A stretch of 64,000 nt of DNA from Gammaproteobacteria bacterium (GCA_022822625.1 JAJEAV010000033.1:3500-67499), one strand, 5' to 3'; shown: positions 45,316 to 55,914, numbered from the stretch's first letter. Made by a program: numbers and translations. The notes: generated by a model from the sequence alone, not told the origin.

Positions 45316-46349
45316 GTCTTGGTCAAAACAATTTCACAAAGAGCATGGTTGCTCCATTGCTCTTGTCAATACCGGTGATTGTTATCGCACCGTCAGTGAT
45401 GCAGCCCTATGCACTGGCGCAACTGTCCATCTTTGCCCTTTTGGCTTTAAGCCTTGGCTTGATATGGGGGTACGGGGGTATTCTGTGCTTTGGACAAGGT
45501 GCTTTTTTTGGTATTGGGGCCTATTCATACGTGATTTTGGTTACGAATCTATCGCTCCCCTGGACGTCCCTGATTTTGGCAGTTTTCTGCACAATGCTTG
45601 TCGCCGGATGCCTGGGACTGGTAATGTTTTATGGAAGGCTGGGGGATGTTTATCTCGCTGTTGTTACCCTGGTCTTTACCCTGATCCTGAATCGATTCAT
45701 GAACGCAACCGCCGGACCCGAGTACCACATCGGATCAGCCAGACTCGGAGGGTTTAACGGCATTCCTGGCTTTGACATGCTGAAACTGCCATGGAGTGAC
45801 TCGATGTTCATCCCGGATATTCTGTTCTTTTACATTTGCTTTGGATTTCTCATCATCTCCTGGATATTTTGTCGCTGGTTATTGAAAACTCATTTTGGCC
45901 GGGTGATGATTGCCATTCGCGAAAACGAGAGGAAGGTCGAATTTGCAGGCTATGACACACGATTGCACAAAACAATGACGTTTGCGATTGGAGGCGGTTT
46001 GGCTGGCATAGCGGGCGTTTTATATGCAAACTGGGCCGGAATCGTCACCCCGAGCCTGTTCAGCCTAACCCAGTCTGCGGAGATTATCATATGGACAATT
46101 GTTGGCGGACTTGGCACGTTGATCGGGCCAATCGTTGGCGCCGTCCTGCTGATGCTGCTGAAGCTGTTGCTCGGATACCAGACAGTTGTCGATAACTATT
46201 TTTTGCTGGGAGTTCTGCTAATCCTTGTTGTACTGTGGTTTCCCAATGGAATTGCAGGAGCTACAATGCAGTCGAGATTCCTTCAAAAAAATACGGCGAC
46301 GAAAAAATGGCGAACACATTCAAACCGTACAATGAATGTCAAACGATGA
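45312..46349 (+). CDS. Branched-chain/amide-type ABC transporter permease (LivM-like)
   Basis: There is an ATGA overlap with the upstream permease. 'LIWGYGGILCFGQGAFFGIGAY' and 'AIRENERKVEFAGYD' are typical LivM motifs. Confidence 0.85.
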   Translation: MSLGQNNFTKSMVAPLLLSIPVIVIAPSVMQPYALAQLSIFALLALSLGLIWGYGGILCFGQGAFFGIGAYSYVILVTNLSLPWTSLILAVFCTMLVAGCLGLVMFYGRLGDVYLAVVTLVFTLILNRFMNATAGPEYHIGSARLGGFNGIPGFDMLKLPWSDSMFIPDILFFYICFGFLIISWIFCRWLLKTHFGRVMIAIRENERKVEFAGYDTRLHKTMTFAIGGGLAGIAGVLYANWAGIVTPSLFSLTQSAEIIIWTIVGGLGTLIGPIVGAVLLMLLKLLLGYQTVVDNYFLLGVLLILVVLWFPNGIAGATMQSRFLQKNTATKKWRTHSNRTMNVKR

Positions 46350-47091
46350 TTCAGGATTAGTTTCTGTGTCCAATCTTGCTGTACTTCAAATTGAGGATTT
46401 GGTCGTCAGATTTGGCGGTGTAGCTGCCGTTGACGGTATCAACCTTACCCTCAATAGAAACGAATTGCGCTGTTTAATTGGTCCAAATGGAGCAGGGAAA
46501 AGTACGCTGTTCAAGGCGATTGCCGGTTTGGTACAACCATTATCTGGCAGAATTTGGGTCAAGAGCGAAGAAACAACGCACTTACCCCCTCATCTGGTAG
46601 CCCGCAGAGGAATCAGTGTAAAAACTCAGGTTCCCAGTTTACTGGAAGGACTGACAGTCTATGAAAACCTCTGGATTGTTGCTCGACGGAAATATCGCCG
46701 GCAAAGCTGCAAAAAAATGATTGAGCCCGTTATGGAAAGTGTTGGAATCTCGAATGATTCAACCACAATCGTAAACACCATGGCTCATGGAAGACGTCAA
46801 TTGGTTGAGTTTGCAACAGCCCTGATCGCCAAACCTTCCATTATGCTACTGGATGAGCCGGCAGCCGGGCTGTCCGATAAAGAAGTTGCAGATTTTGCCA
46901 AATTGCTGCACACCCTGCCCTCCCAGATGTCATTACTTGTTGTTGAACACAACATGAAATTTGTGCAAATGATTGCTCAACAAGTCAGCGTTCTTCATAA
47001 AGGCAGACTTCTCATTTCAGGCGAACCGGATCTTGTTTTCAACGATACAAGAGTTCAGGAAGTCTATCTGGGCAAGGAGGCCACTGCATGA
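46336..47091 (+). CDS. ABC transporter ATP-binding protein (LivG-like)
   Basis: Walker A 'GPNGAGKST', Walker B 'IMLLDEPAAGLS', and H-loop 'VVEHNM'. Confidence 0.9.
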   Translation: MSNDDSGLVSVSNLAVLQIEDLVVRFGGVAAVDGINLTLNRNELRCLIGPNGAGKSTLFKAIAGLVQPLSGRIWVKSEETTHLPPHLVARRGISVKTQVPSLLEGLTVYENLWIVARRKYRRQSCKKMIEPVMESVGISNDSTTIVNTMAHGRRQLVEFATALIAKPSIMLLDEPAAGLSDKEVADFAKLLHTLPSQMSLLVVEHNMKFVQMIAQQVSVLHKGRLLISGEPDLVFNDTRVQEVYLGKEATA

Positions 47092-49415
47092 ACGGTAACT
47101 CATCCTTCAATTTGCTGACAGTCAAGAATCTGAGCGCGGGTTACTCGGGAATTTCCGTGCTTAGAGATGTCAACCTGCATGTCAGTGAAGGAGAGTGCGT
47201 TGGCCTTTTCGGTCATAATGGCATGGGAAAGTCAACACTGCTTCGAACCTTGATTGGCTTGATTCGACCCCTGTCAGGGTCCATCGAGTTTGACGGTCAG
47301 GATATTACCCATCTTCCCACATGGAAAAGAGCCAGACTGGGTATGGGGTACCTACCTCAGGGGCGCGGTATTTTCCCCAGCCTTTCTGTTTCAGACAATG
47401 TCAGCATTGCATACAATCCGGACACTCGAGACAAGGATGAGCTGTCTGCCCTGGAAAGTGCAATCGCACGCTTTCCAATACTGGAACCTCTGCTCAAGCA
47501 GTCCGGCGGCACTCTAAGCGGTGGCGAACAGCAGATACTTGCACTAGCAAGGGCACTTACCGCCGATCCGGTCATGCTGCTTCTGGACGAACCAACAGAA
47601 GGAATTCAACCTTCCATCGTGATGGAAATTGCGAATGAACTGGCTACGATCGCAAAAAATACCGGACTAACCATATTGATGGTTGAGCAAAACATAGATT
47701 TCCTGAACGTCCTGGCGGATCGAGTCCTGCATATTGAAAACGGTAGAATTACTGAGCAGGGGAATCGATCTTCAAGTAGCATAGCACAGCCAAAACCGCA
47801 ACCATCCATTCCTCGAACTGAAACTGCAGTATCTACGACAGATTCTGGTCAGGAAGAATCTTTCGAGATCACTAGTGAACCAATTTTGGAGAAACAAATG
47901 CCAGTATCAAGACCGACAATTGATCAAATGCAAAAGATTTCGTCGGACCTTTATTTTCATATCGACAAAACTACCCTGACTGAATACCTGGACTTGGCTC
48001 AGTCCACCATTGATGCTTATGACGTTGTCGATGCAATGCCTGATGAATTGCCGGAGGTGAAATACCCCAGAACCGGCGGTCATATACCCGCAGAATCAGA
48101 AAACCCATTGAACGCCTGGTATGTGAAATGCGATATTCCAGGATCCCCGGACGGCCCGCTTAACGGCAAGGAAGTGGTACTAAAAGATACCATTTCCCTG
48201 TCTGGCATCAGAATGATGAATGGTGCGTCAATTATGGATGGATACGTGCCGGATATTGACGCATCGATTGTTACCCGAATTCTGGATTCCGGCGGAAAAA
48301 TTGTTGGAAAGGCGCGATGTGAATATCTCTGCCTGTCAGGCGGGAGCCATACCAGTACCGGCGGGCCGGTCAAGAACCCTTGGCGAACTACTCATTCATC
48401 AGGGGGGTCTTCATCAGGTTGCGGTGCCCTGATTGGTGCAGGAGAAGTGCCCATGGCAATTGGAGGAGATCAGGGAGGATCAGTCAGGATACCTTCTTCA
48501 TGGTCAGGTTGTTATGGCATGAAACCGACCCATGGGCTAGTGCCCTACACAGGCGTTATGGGGATTGAGCGCACTATTGATAATGTCGGGCCAATGACCA
48601 GAACCGTGCATGACAATGCATTGCTGCTTGAATCCATTGCCGGTTTTGATGATGGTTTGGACCCCCGTCAATACAGCATCAAAACCAATGCGTATGCGAC
48701 AGACATGCTTCAGGGAATTGCCGGGTTGCGGATCGGGGTCGTCAATGAAGGATTCGGATGGCCAAACAGTGAGTCGGATGTAGACGAATGCGTGCACTCG
48801 GCAATTGATTTGTTGCGTACTTTGGGAGCAAGGGTTGAAGAGTTGTCAATCCCCCTGCATCGGCAGGGCTCTGCCATATGGACACCCATTGCTCTTGAGG
48901 GGTTAACCGATTTCATGATGCATGGCAATACCTTTGGGACCAACTATCGCGGCTTGTACATGACCAGCATGATTGATCATTATGCCAATTGGCGAAACCG
49001 TGCTGATGAACTGTCTCCCAGTCTAAAAATCTGCATGATGATCGGGGAATACTTCATAAAGCATCATCGAGGGCGATATTATGGGAAGTCCCAGAATCTG
49101 TCGCGGCGACTACGCCGTGCCTATGACAATGCTTTTCAGCAATTCGATCTTTTGGTCATGCCAACGATTCAGATGAAGGCAACACCCCTGCCACCTCCCG
49201 ATGCACCGCTATCACTGTATATTCAACGAGCATTTGAAATGATTGTGAATACTGCACCGTTCAATTGTACAGGCCATCCCGCCATGAGCATACCATGCGG
49301 ACTAAGAGATGGACTACCGGTCGGAATGATGCTGATTGGAAAGTACCTGGATGAGTCAACAATCTACCGGGCCGCATACGAATTCGAACAATCATCCAAC
49401 TGGCAGGGGCTTTGA
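47088..49415 (+). CDS. Fusion protein: LivF-like ABC ATP-binding domain (aa ~1-225), low-complexity linker, then an amidase-signature (AS) family amidase (aa ~271-775)
   Basis: The N-terminal part has Walker A 'GHNGMGKST', signature 'LSGGEQQ', Walker B '[10 protein letters not shown]' and 'VEQN'. The linker is '[45 protein letters not shown]' (nt ~47760-47897). The C-terminal part has '[17 protein letters not shown]' and the AS core '[47 protein letters not shown]'. There is no stop codon between the two parts, and an in-frame ATG sits at 47898. Confidence 0.8.
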   Translation: MNGNSSFNLLTVKNLSAGYSGISVLRDVNLHVSEGECVGLFGHNGMGKSTLLRTLIGLIRPLSGSIEFDGQDITHLPTWKRARLGMGYLPQGRGIFPSLSVSDNVSIAYNPDTRDKDELSALESAIARFPILEPLLKQSGGTLSGGEQQILALARALTADPVMLLLDEPTEGIQPSIVMEIANELATIAKNTGLTILMVEQNIDFLNVLADRVLHIENGRITEQGNRSSSSIAQPKPQPSIPRTETAVSTTDSGQEESFEITSEPILEKQMPVSRPTIDQMQKISSDLYFHIDKTTLTEYLDLAQSTIDAYDVVDAMPDELPEVKYPRTGGHIPAESENPLNAWYVKCDIPGSPDGPLNGKEVVLKDTISLSGIRMMNGASIMDGYVPDIDASIVTRILDSGGKIVGKARCEYLCLSGGSHTSTGGPVKNPWRTTHSSGGSSSGCGALIGAGEVPMAIGGDQGGSVRIPSSWSGCYGMKPTHGLVPYTGVMGIERTIDNVGPMTRTVHDNALLLESIAGFDDGLDPRQYSIKTNAYATDMLQGIAGLRIGVVNEGFGWPNSESDVDECVHSAIDLLRTLGARVEELSIPLHRQGSAIWTPIALEGLTDFMMHGNTFGTNYRGLYMTSMIDHYANWRNRADELSPSLKICMMIGEYFIKHHRGRYYGKSQNLSRRLRRAYDNAFQQFDLLVMPTIQMKATPLPPPDAPLSLYIQRAFEMIVNTAPFNCTGHPAMSIPCGLRDGLPVGMMLIGKYLDESTIYRAAYEFEQSSNWQGL

Positions 49416-49422
49416 CTACACA

Positions 49423-51219
49423 ATGAGCAAGCTCGGCAAACCAATTACTGATCTTTCCAATCCCCTGATTGATTATTCGATCATTCCTGCCTGTTCATCT
49501 TCTTCATCGGGGAGTCATGGCCAGAAGTCAACTCGAAAATTCGTACGGCCGGGCATGTCCCATGTCAAGGGAGATACAACGACTCCCTTGCTCGAATTAT
49601 CCATCCCGGAGTTGGTCAATAAAACTGTTCGCAACCATCCCCAACGAACAGCTGTGGTGTTTTGCGATCAAGACATCCGGAAAACCTGGCAGGAGTTTGC
49701 GGCAGACATTGATCGGCTTGCCGCAGGATTTCTGGCTCTGGGGTTGAAAAAAGGCGATCGTTTGGGCATCTGGTCACCGAATTGTTATGAGTGGTTGCTA
49801 ACTCAGTTTGCCACCGCTAGAACGGGAGTGATTCTGGTCACCATCAACCCCGCCTACAAAATATCTGAACTAGGACATGTACTGGAAACGTCGGGATGCA
49901 AGGCCATTATCATGGCTCAGCAATTCAAGTCCAGTAACTATGTTGAAATGTTTCTGCAGCTCAAGGTGGATACATCCACATCCGAATTTCCTGATTATGG
50001 TTTGCCGAAACTGAAACACGCAATCGTTATCCACAATCAAGGTCAGAATGATACGCCAGCTGGGATGCATGCATTTTCCGAAATCATGAGCTTGCCCGGC
50101 CCCGCACATATTTTGCGTCTCGACGAAATCAGTGCCGACCTGCATCCAGATGATGCAATCAATATCCAGTTTACCAGTGGCACAACCGGCTTGCCAAAGG
50201 GTGCCACCCTTTCCCATCGAAATATCCTCAACAACGGGAAGTTTGTCACGGATGCCCAGGGATTTACGGAAAATGACAAGTTATGCATACCTGTTCCCCT
50301 GTATCACTGTTTTGGAATGGTTATGGGGGCCTTGGGCTGTGCGACCAAAGGTGCGACCATGGTGTTTCCTTCAGAGGGTTTCGAAGCAGCGGGTACTGCC
50401 CGTGCGATAGCCAAGGAAAGGTGTACAGCATTGTATGGCGTACCCACCATGTTTAATGCAATCCTGACTCTCGAAGACTTTGATTCGTATGACCTGACCT
50501 CTCTGAGAACCGGGGTCATGGCTGGTGCACCCTGCCCAATCGAAATCATGAAACGAGTTGTCGATGACATGCACATGACAGAAGTAACAATTGCTTACGG
50601 CATGACTGAAACAAGCCCGGTTTCCTTTCAAAGCAACCTGGATGACCCGATTGAAATGCGGGTATCAAAAGTCGGTCGGGTCCATCCGCATGTGGAATGT
50701 CGTGTTATTGATGACGAAGGCAATACAGTGCCAGTTGGACAACAGGGTGAATTATGCACTCGCGGCTATTCGGTCATGAAGGGATACTGGAACGACTCCG
50801 CACAAACCAGGGAGTCCATCGACACTGATGGTTGGATGCATTCGGGTGACCTGGCCATTATTGATAATATGGGATATTGCAACATTGTTGGTCGCGTCAA
50901 GGATATGATCATTCGTGGCGGAGAAAATATCTACCCAAAGGAAATCGAGGAATACCTTCACCAACATCCGGGAATTCAGGATGTTCAGGTGTTCGGTGTC
51001 CCAGATCACCATCTGGGTGAAGAAGTATGTGCGTGGGTAGTTCCGGTAGGTTCTCAAGGATTAAACGAACAAGACGTCATTGATTTCTGCAAAGGGCAAA
51101 TTGCCCATTACAAGGTGCCCCGTCATGTGCGAATTCGCGATGATTTGCCAATGACGGTTACTGGAAAAGCGCAAAAGTACAAAATGCGAGAAGCCATGAT
51201 TACGGAATTGGAACTATAA
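49423..51219 (+). CDS. AMP-binding acyl-CoA synthetase (ACSF2/medium-chain-like); start uncertain (49423 or 49555)
   Basis: '[16 protein letters not shown]', 'YGMTETSP', 'GWMHSGDLA', '[22 protein letters not shown]', and '[11 protein letters not shown]'. Confidence 0.85.
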   Translation: MSKLGKPITDLSNPLIDYSIIPACSSSSSGSHGQKSTRKFVRPGMSHVKGDTTTPLLELSIPELVNKTVRNHPQRTAVVFCDQDIRKTWQEFAADIDRLAAGFLALGLKKGDRLGIWSPNCYEWLLTQFATARTGVILVTINPAYKISELGHVLETSGCKAIIMAQQFKSSNYVEMFLQLKVDTSTSEFPDYGLPKLKHAIVIHNQGQNDTPAGMHAFSEIMSLPGPAHILRLDEISADLHPDDAINIQFTSGTTGLPKGATLSHRNILNNGKFVTDAQGFTENDKLCIPVPLYHCFGMVMGALGCATKGATMVFPSEGFEAAGTARAIAKERCTALYGVPTMFNAILTLEDFDSYDLTSLRTGVMAGAPCPIEIMKRVVDDMHMTEVTIAYGMTETSPVSFQSNLDDPIEMRVSKVGRVHPHVECRVIDDEGNTVPVGQQGELCTRGYSVMKGYWNDSAQTRESIDTDGWMHSGDLAIIDNMGYCNIVGRVKDMIIRGGENIYPKEIEEYLHQHPGIQDVQVFGVPDHHLGEEVCAWVVPVGSQGLNEQDVIDFCKGQIAHYKVPRHVRIRDDLPMTVTGKAQKYKMREAMITELEL

Positions 51220-51497
51220 GGCCCGATTGGCAATCACTGACAACAAAACAAGCCCCTCTAATCTTCATGTCTTGTCTTTGGAACTGCAGATTCATTGATC
51301 CAAAAAAGATCAGGAGCATTGCGTTGGAGGCTTCAATCAAGCCACGGGATTCCAGTTTGTCTGAGCCTCATCAATCCGGACATTAACTATCTGCTGTTTC
51401 ACTTCCTGCCGAATGGTTGTCAGATACCACAAGCAATTACACCAACACAAGACTTTATCAGCCAGACACATCGCATCGGAACTGAAACGAGGATTGC

Positions 51498-52475
51498 CTA
51501 TTGCTGACTCGGCAACGGATTGCCGGCATCAGCCTTGACGTTCAACGACTGCAGATATTCGAAAATCATCCTCTCGGGGTTCCGATCCTCGGCATTTACC
51601 CACACTACGCTGGATTGATTACGCAACCATGTCAGTTGTCGCTTTGCCAGTTGCCGAGTCGCCGCTATGCCCTTTTCGATCATTTCGTCCTCGCTTGACT
51701 TGCCATGCAGATAATCGATTACCTGACGGTATCCAACGCTACGCATGGAAGACAGGGTTTCAGGTCTCTTGAGTTTTCCGATCAACATTTCAACTTCACG
51801 GACCAATCCTTTTTCAATCATGTCCAAAAATCGCACCTTGATCCGCTCATGCAAAATTGGCCGAGGACGAAACAACGCGATTTTTCGATACTGGATTTTC
51901 ATGCTTTGAGGACGTGATTCTGCCATCACCGACGAAGGAGGCTGGCCGGTAATTCTGAATATCTCCAAGGCTCTCTTGATTCGTTGTGCATCCTGGGCCC
52001 TGATTTTTCCTGCGCTCGCCGGATCAATCTCTGCAAGCTGTCGATGCAGATATTCCAGGCCCTTTTTCTTGCCTATCCGCTCAATTTCAGACCGCGCCTC
52101 CGAATCTGCTCCAGGCAGTTTTGATATTCCGTTTTCCAGTACCGAAAAGTAGAACATGGTGCCACCCACCAGAAGCGGTGTCTTGCCTTTGGCGAGAATC
52201 GACTCAATGAGAGACAGAGCATCATTTCTGAATTCTGCGGCCGAATAGCTCTCGGTGATACCACGAATATCGATCAAGTGATGGGGAACGCGTTGTAAAA
52301 ACTCCTGATCCGGCTTTGCCGTACCGATATTCATGCCGCGATAGACCTGACCGGAATCCACGCTAATCAATTCTGCATCCAGAAGCCCGAAGAGATGTTC
52401 TGCAACCGATGACTTGCCGACTGCAGTAGGGCCCATCAGAAAAACAGCAATGGGAACAGAGGGTTTATCTGCCAC
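51498..52475 (-). CDS. miaA: tRNA dimethylallyltransferase
   Basis: P-loop 'LMGPTAVGKSS', 'ELISVDSGQVYRGMNIGTAKP', and 'PHHLIDI'. The start overlaps the end of mutL. Confidence 0.9.
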   Translation of the reverse strand: MADKPSVPIAVFLMGPTAVGKSSVAEHLFGLLDAELISVDSGQVYRGMNIGTAKPDQEFLQRVPHHLIDIRGITESYSAAEFRNDALSLIESILAKGKTPLLVGGTMFYFSVLENGISKLPGADSEARSEIERIGKKKGLEYLHRQLAEIDPASAGKIRAQDAQRIKRALEIFRITGQPPSSVMAESRPQSMKIQYRKIALFRPRPILHERIKVRFLDMIEKGLVREVEMLIGKLKRPETLSSMRSVGYRQVIDYLHGKSSEDEMIEKGIAATRQLAKRQLTWLRNQSSVVWVNAEDRNPERMIFEYLQSLNVKADAGNPLPSQQ

Positions 52476-54282
52476 GCATAAACCATTTGTCTAGTTCGAC
52501 CATTGTAAGACTCATCCAGGTTGGACGACCATGGTTGCACTGTCCTGAACGTTCAACAGATTCAATCTGTCGCAATAACGCATTCATTTCGAGAATTTCC
52601 AGCTTTCTGTTTGCCCGAACTGCTCCATGACAGGCAATGGAAGAAAGAACCTCATTAATCGCATTTCGTGGGCGATCGCTACTTCCATGTTCCAGAAGAT
52701 CCGAGGCAGTATCCCGAATCATGGTTTCAATGTCGTTGTTCTTGAGCAGTTCCGGAACCGTCCGAATGACTACTTGATCTTCCGCAAACACTTCTATCTC
52801 GAACCCGAGCCTGCCCAACTCGTCTTTATGGGATTCCAGACAGCGAACCTCGGAAAATGACATGGCGATTCTGATCGGCACCAGCAGGGGTTGAGTCCGT
52901 ATCGAGTCCTGAGAATCCAGTTGCTGCTTTAGTGATTCATACGTGATTCGCTCATGTGCGGCATGCATGTCCACCAAAATCATTCCATCCTTGTTCTCTG
53001 CAAGAATATAGACTCCCTTGATTTGAGCAACTGCATGTCCGAGAGGTGGCAAATCTTCATCTTCTTCCTTTTCGGTCGTTGACCCGGATGGGTTCAGACC
53101 CATATCCCATATATTGGCGGTCAAACTACCTGAAGCCTGATCCGAAGCCGGCATCCTGATACGTTGCTGGGAACCACTGGCAGCGCCTGACCAACGACCC
53201 TGCACTCTACCGGCATCCGGCAAGGGCAGTGCAACTTCGCCTTCTTCCGGCGAAATCCCTGCCACGGCCCGATTCAGGGTTCGAAAAAGAAAATCGTAAA
53301 CCATGCGACTTTCCCGGAACCTGACTTCATTCTTGGCGGGGTGCACATTCACATCGACAAGCCTTGAATCGAGTTTCAGAAACAGCACAAATGCGGGGTG
53401 TCGTCCGTGGTAAAGCACATCGCTGTATGCCCGTTTGACTGCATGCGAGGCCAGGTGGTCAGTGACCGATCGCCCATTGACAAAGAAATACTGCAAGTCA
53501 CGCTGACTCCTCGAGAATGTCGGTAGACCAATCCAGCCTTCAAGTGCATAGCCATCGACTGCATAATCGATATACATGGACTGATTGGTAAACGGCTGAC
53601 CACATACTTTGATCATGCGTTCGGACATGGTTGCAACATCCGTAGCCCGGTAGGTCTGGAATACCGTCTTCCCATCACGCATGAAATCAATAGCCACAGA
53701 TGGATTGCCCAGAGCAATTTTTCGGACAACCGCATCACAATGATTAAACTCGGTCGACTCGGTGCGCAGGAACTTTCGCCGTGCAGGAGTATTGACGAAC
53801 AAGTCCTCAATCTCGACAGTCGTGCCGACTGGATGGGCTATAGGCCTGATCTCGCTAACTGGCGTGCCACCATGTGCGCGATATTCATATCCCGAATCTT
53901 CATCTGCGACGCGGGTTTTCAGAGTGAGTCTCGATACGGCTGCAATACTCGGCAATGCCTCGCCCCTGAAGCCCATCGTAGCCAGATTGAACAGATCATC
54001 TGCGGAACTGAGCTTGCTGGTCGCATGCCGGGAAACAGCCAGGGGAATCTGATCATGAGGTATGCCGGATCCGTTATCATTCACCGAAACACGCTTTATG
54101 CCGCCACGATCAATGTGAATACGGATTTCTGTAGCACCGGCATCCAGACTGTTTTCAAGTAGCTCCTTGAGTAGCGATGCGGGTCGTTCAACCACTTCCC
54201 CAGCCGCGATCTGGTTGACCAGATTGTCATCCAGAAGTCGAATTTCGGCAGGAAGTTTCTTTTGCATCCGACTCAGAGTCAA
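52465..54282 (-). CDS. mutL: DNA mismatch repair endonuclease MutL
   Basis: 'LVNQIAAGEVVERPASLLKELLENSLDAGATEI', 'GFRGEALPSI', and C-terminal 'QCNHGRPTW'. Confidence 0.9.
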   Translation of the reverse strand: MTLSRMQKKLPAEIRLLDDNLVNQIAAGEVVERPASLLKELLENSLDAGATEIRIHIDRGGIKRVSVNDNGSGIPHDQIPLAVSRHATSKLSSADDLFNLATMGFRGEALPSIAAVSRLTLKTRVADEDSGYEYRAHGGTPVSEIRPIAHPVGTTVEIEDLFVNTPARRKFLRTESTEFNHCDAVVRKIALGNPSVAIDFMRDGKTVFQTYRATDVATMSERMIKVCGQPFTNQSMYIDYAVDGYALEGWIGLPTFSRSQRDLQYFFVNGRSVTDHLASHAVKRAYSDVLYHGRHPAFVLFLKLDSRLVDVNVHPAKNEVRFRESRMVYDFLFRTLNRAVAGISPEEGEVALPLPDAGRVQGRWSGAASGSQQRIRMPASDQASGSLTANIWDMGLNPSGSTTEKEEDEDLPPLGHAVAQIKGVYILAENKDGMILVDMHAAHERITYESLKQQLDSQDSIRTQPLLVPIRIAMSFSEVRCLESHKDELGRLGFEIEVFAEDQVVIRTVPELLKNNDIETMIRDTASDLLEHGSSDRPRNAINEVLSSIACHGAVRANRKLEILEMNALLRQIESVERSGQCNHGRPTWMSLTMVELDKWFMRGR

Positions 54283-54316
54283 TAATTACCGATTGGGTCG
54301 GCAAACCCGCCAATCA

Positions 54317-55480
54317 TTACTGGTAGGCGTATATGCCATGATTTTTGCGCAGATATCGCTTGATGCCATTGGTAATTGCAGTAGCCAGTTTGGTCTGGTG
54401 TGAGTGGGTTCCCAGCAGTTTCTCTTCAGCCGGGTTTGTAATATAGGCCGTTTCGACAAGAATTGAAGGAATATCCGGTGACTTCAGAACCGCAAAACCT
54501 GCCTGTTCCACCCGTTTGCTATGTATCTTGCCGATTTTCATTAGCTCGTCAAGTACCTCCCGACCAAAACTGATGCTTTCACTAACGGTTTTGGTCATGG
54601 ACAAGTCAAGCAGGACTTCAGCCAGCAGGTCATCCTTGTCTGATATGCTGACCCCCCCAGCAAGGTCTGCCGAATTTTCCTTGTCTGCCAGCCATCTTGC
54701 CGTTTCGCTTGTCGCACCTCTTCGGGACAAGGCATACACCGAAGCGCCCTGAGCCCTGGTATTATGATGACCATCCGCATGCACGGATACAAACAAGTCG
54801 GCATTCATGTTACGGGCCATGATGATCCGGCGCCTTAAACTGATGTAGTAATCGCCAGTTCGTGTCAGTTCAGCCCGTAATCCCGACTCCTGATCAAGCA
54901 TTTTCTTCAGTTTTTTCGCGACCGACAGAACAATTGTTTTCTCATATGAACGTTTGCCAACAGCACCGGGATCTTCACCGCCATGACCGGCATCGATGAC
55001 AACCAGAATATCACCCATGCGTTTTCTCTGTTGTCCTGGAACCGCTATGTCTGCTGACACCGATGCTTGTTCCTGGACATGATTTTCATCATAGAAATCA
55101 ATCACCAGACGATACTGATATCTGTCAAAGGGCTTTAACAGCTGCAGTTCATAGCGAATCGGCTTTGCAATTTCAAATACCACACGCAAGGTATTGGGTT
55201 TGGGATTGCCCGATCGCATTTTCCCGACATATGGACCGAGTTTGTCGGGTGGAGGCATGGGCCTGCCAAGTACAGAGCGTTCCAGATCAACAACCAGGCG
55301 ATCCGGGGATTTCAGTGTATAGACCTGGTAGTCGGGTTTTGCATCAATATCAAAGACAAAACGTGAACGTTCTGGCGCATGCCACATGCGTATGTCCTCA
55401 ACAGTCGAGGACTTGGCACTGACCGAGAAACCAAGCAGGATCAGAAGCAAGGCCAGCTTGATTATGGACAATGGCTTCAT
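54317..55480 (-). CDS. amiB: N-acetylmuramoyl-L-alanine amidase (AmiB/AmiC-type, AMIN domain + Amidase_3)
   Basis: A signal peptide, AMIN-like 'VEDIRMWHAPERSRFVFDI...DRLVVDL', 'VVIDAGHGGEDPGAVG', and 'SVHADG'. Confidence 0.85.
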   Translation of the reverse strand: MKPLSIIKLALLLILLGFSVSAKSSTVEDIRMWHAPERSRFVFDIDAKPDYQVYTLKSPDRLVVDLERSVLGRPMPPPDKLGPYVGKMRSGNPKPNTLRVVFEIAKPIRYELQLLKPFDRYQYRLVIDFYDENHVQEQASVSADIAVPGQQRKRMGDILVVIDAGHGGEDPGAVGKRSYEKTIVLSVAKKLKKMLDQESGLRAELTRTGDYYISLRRRIIMARNMNADLFVSVHADGHHNTRAQGASVYALSRRGATSETARWLADKENSADLAGGVSISDKDDLLAEVLLDLSMTKTVSESISFGREVLDELMKIGKIHSKRVEQAGFAVLKSPDIPSILVETAYITNPAEEKLLGTHSHQTKLATAITNGIKRYLRKNHGIYAYQ

Positions 55481-55914
55481 TGGACAGATACCGGGTCTGG
55501 ATCAAGCGAAATTGCTCTACCCCGACCAAGAACCCTAACGCGAATCGTCAGGGATGGGGGAGGCAAATGCACAGTAAACTTGTCAGGCCATTCAATGAAA
55601 CAAATGGCATGTCCGTCAAGCAAATCTCTCAATCCCAAATTCTCAATCTCACTTTCTGAATTTAACCTATACAGATCAAGATGATAAATGTTATAGTTAG
55701 AAACTGTATAAGGTTCAATCAGGGTGTAGGTTGGGCTAACCACATTTTTTTGATAACCCAGACCCGACAAAATACCTCTGACAAGAGTGGTTTTTCCGGT
55801 ACCTAACTCACCAATCAGGTAAATCACCTCTCCGGGTTCAATTTTATCGGATAGTGCTTCACCGAATTCAAGCATTGATGATTCACCATCAATTCGATGG
55901 GATAGTGCACGCAT
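55477..55914 (-). CDS. tsaE: tRNA t6A37 biosynthesis ATPase TsaE
   Basis: 'IGELGTGKTTLVRGIL', 'SPTYTLIEPY', and 'YHLDLYRL'. Confidence 0.9.
   Translation of the reverse strand: MRALSHRIDGESSMLEFGEALSDKIEPGEVIYLIGELGTGKTTLVRGILSGLGYQKNVVSPTYTLIEPYTVSNYNIYHLDLYRLNSESEIENLGLRDLLDGHAICFIEWPDKFTVHLPPPSLTIRVRVLGRGRAISLDPDPVSVQ

Noticed and set aside
51220-51497. A possible gene remnant or att site between the acyl-CoA synthetase and miaA (the right island boundary).
   Set aside because: Translations in all frames gave only short motif-free peptides. I found no repeat shared with the left boundary (36100-36230). No conclusion is possible without comparative data.
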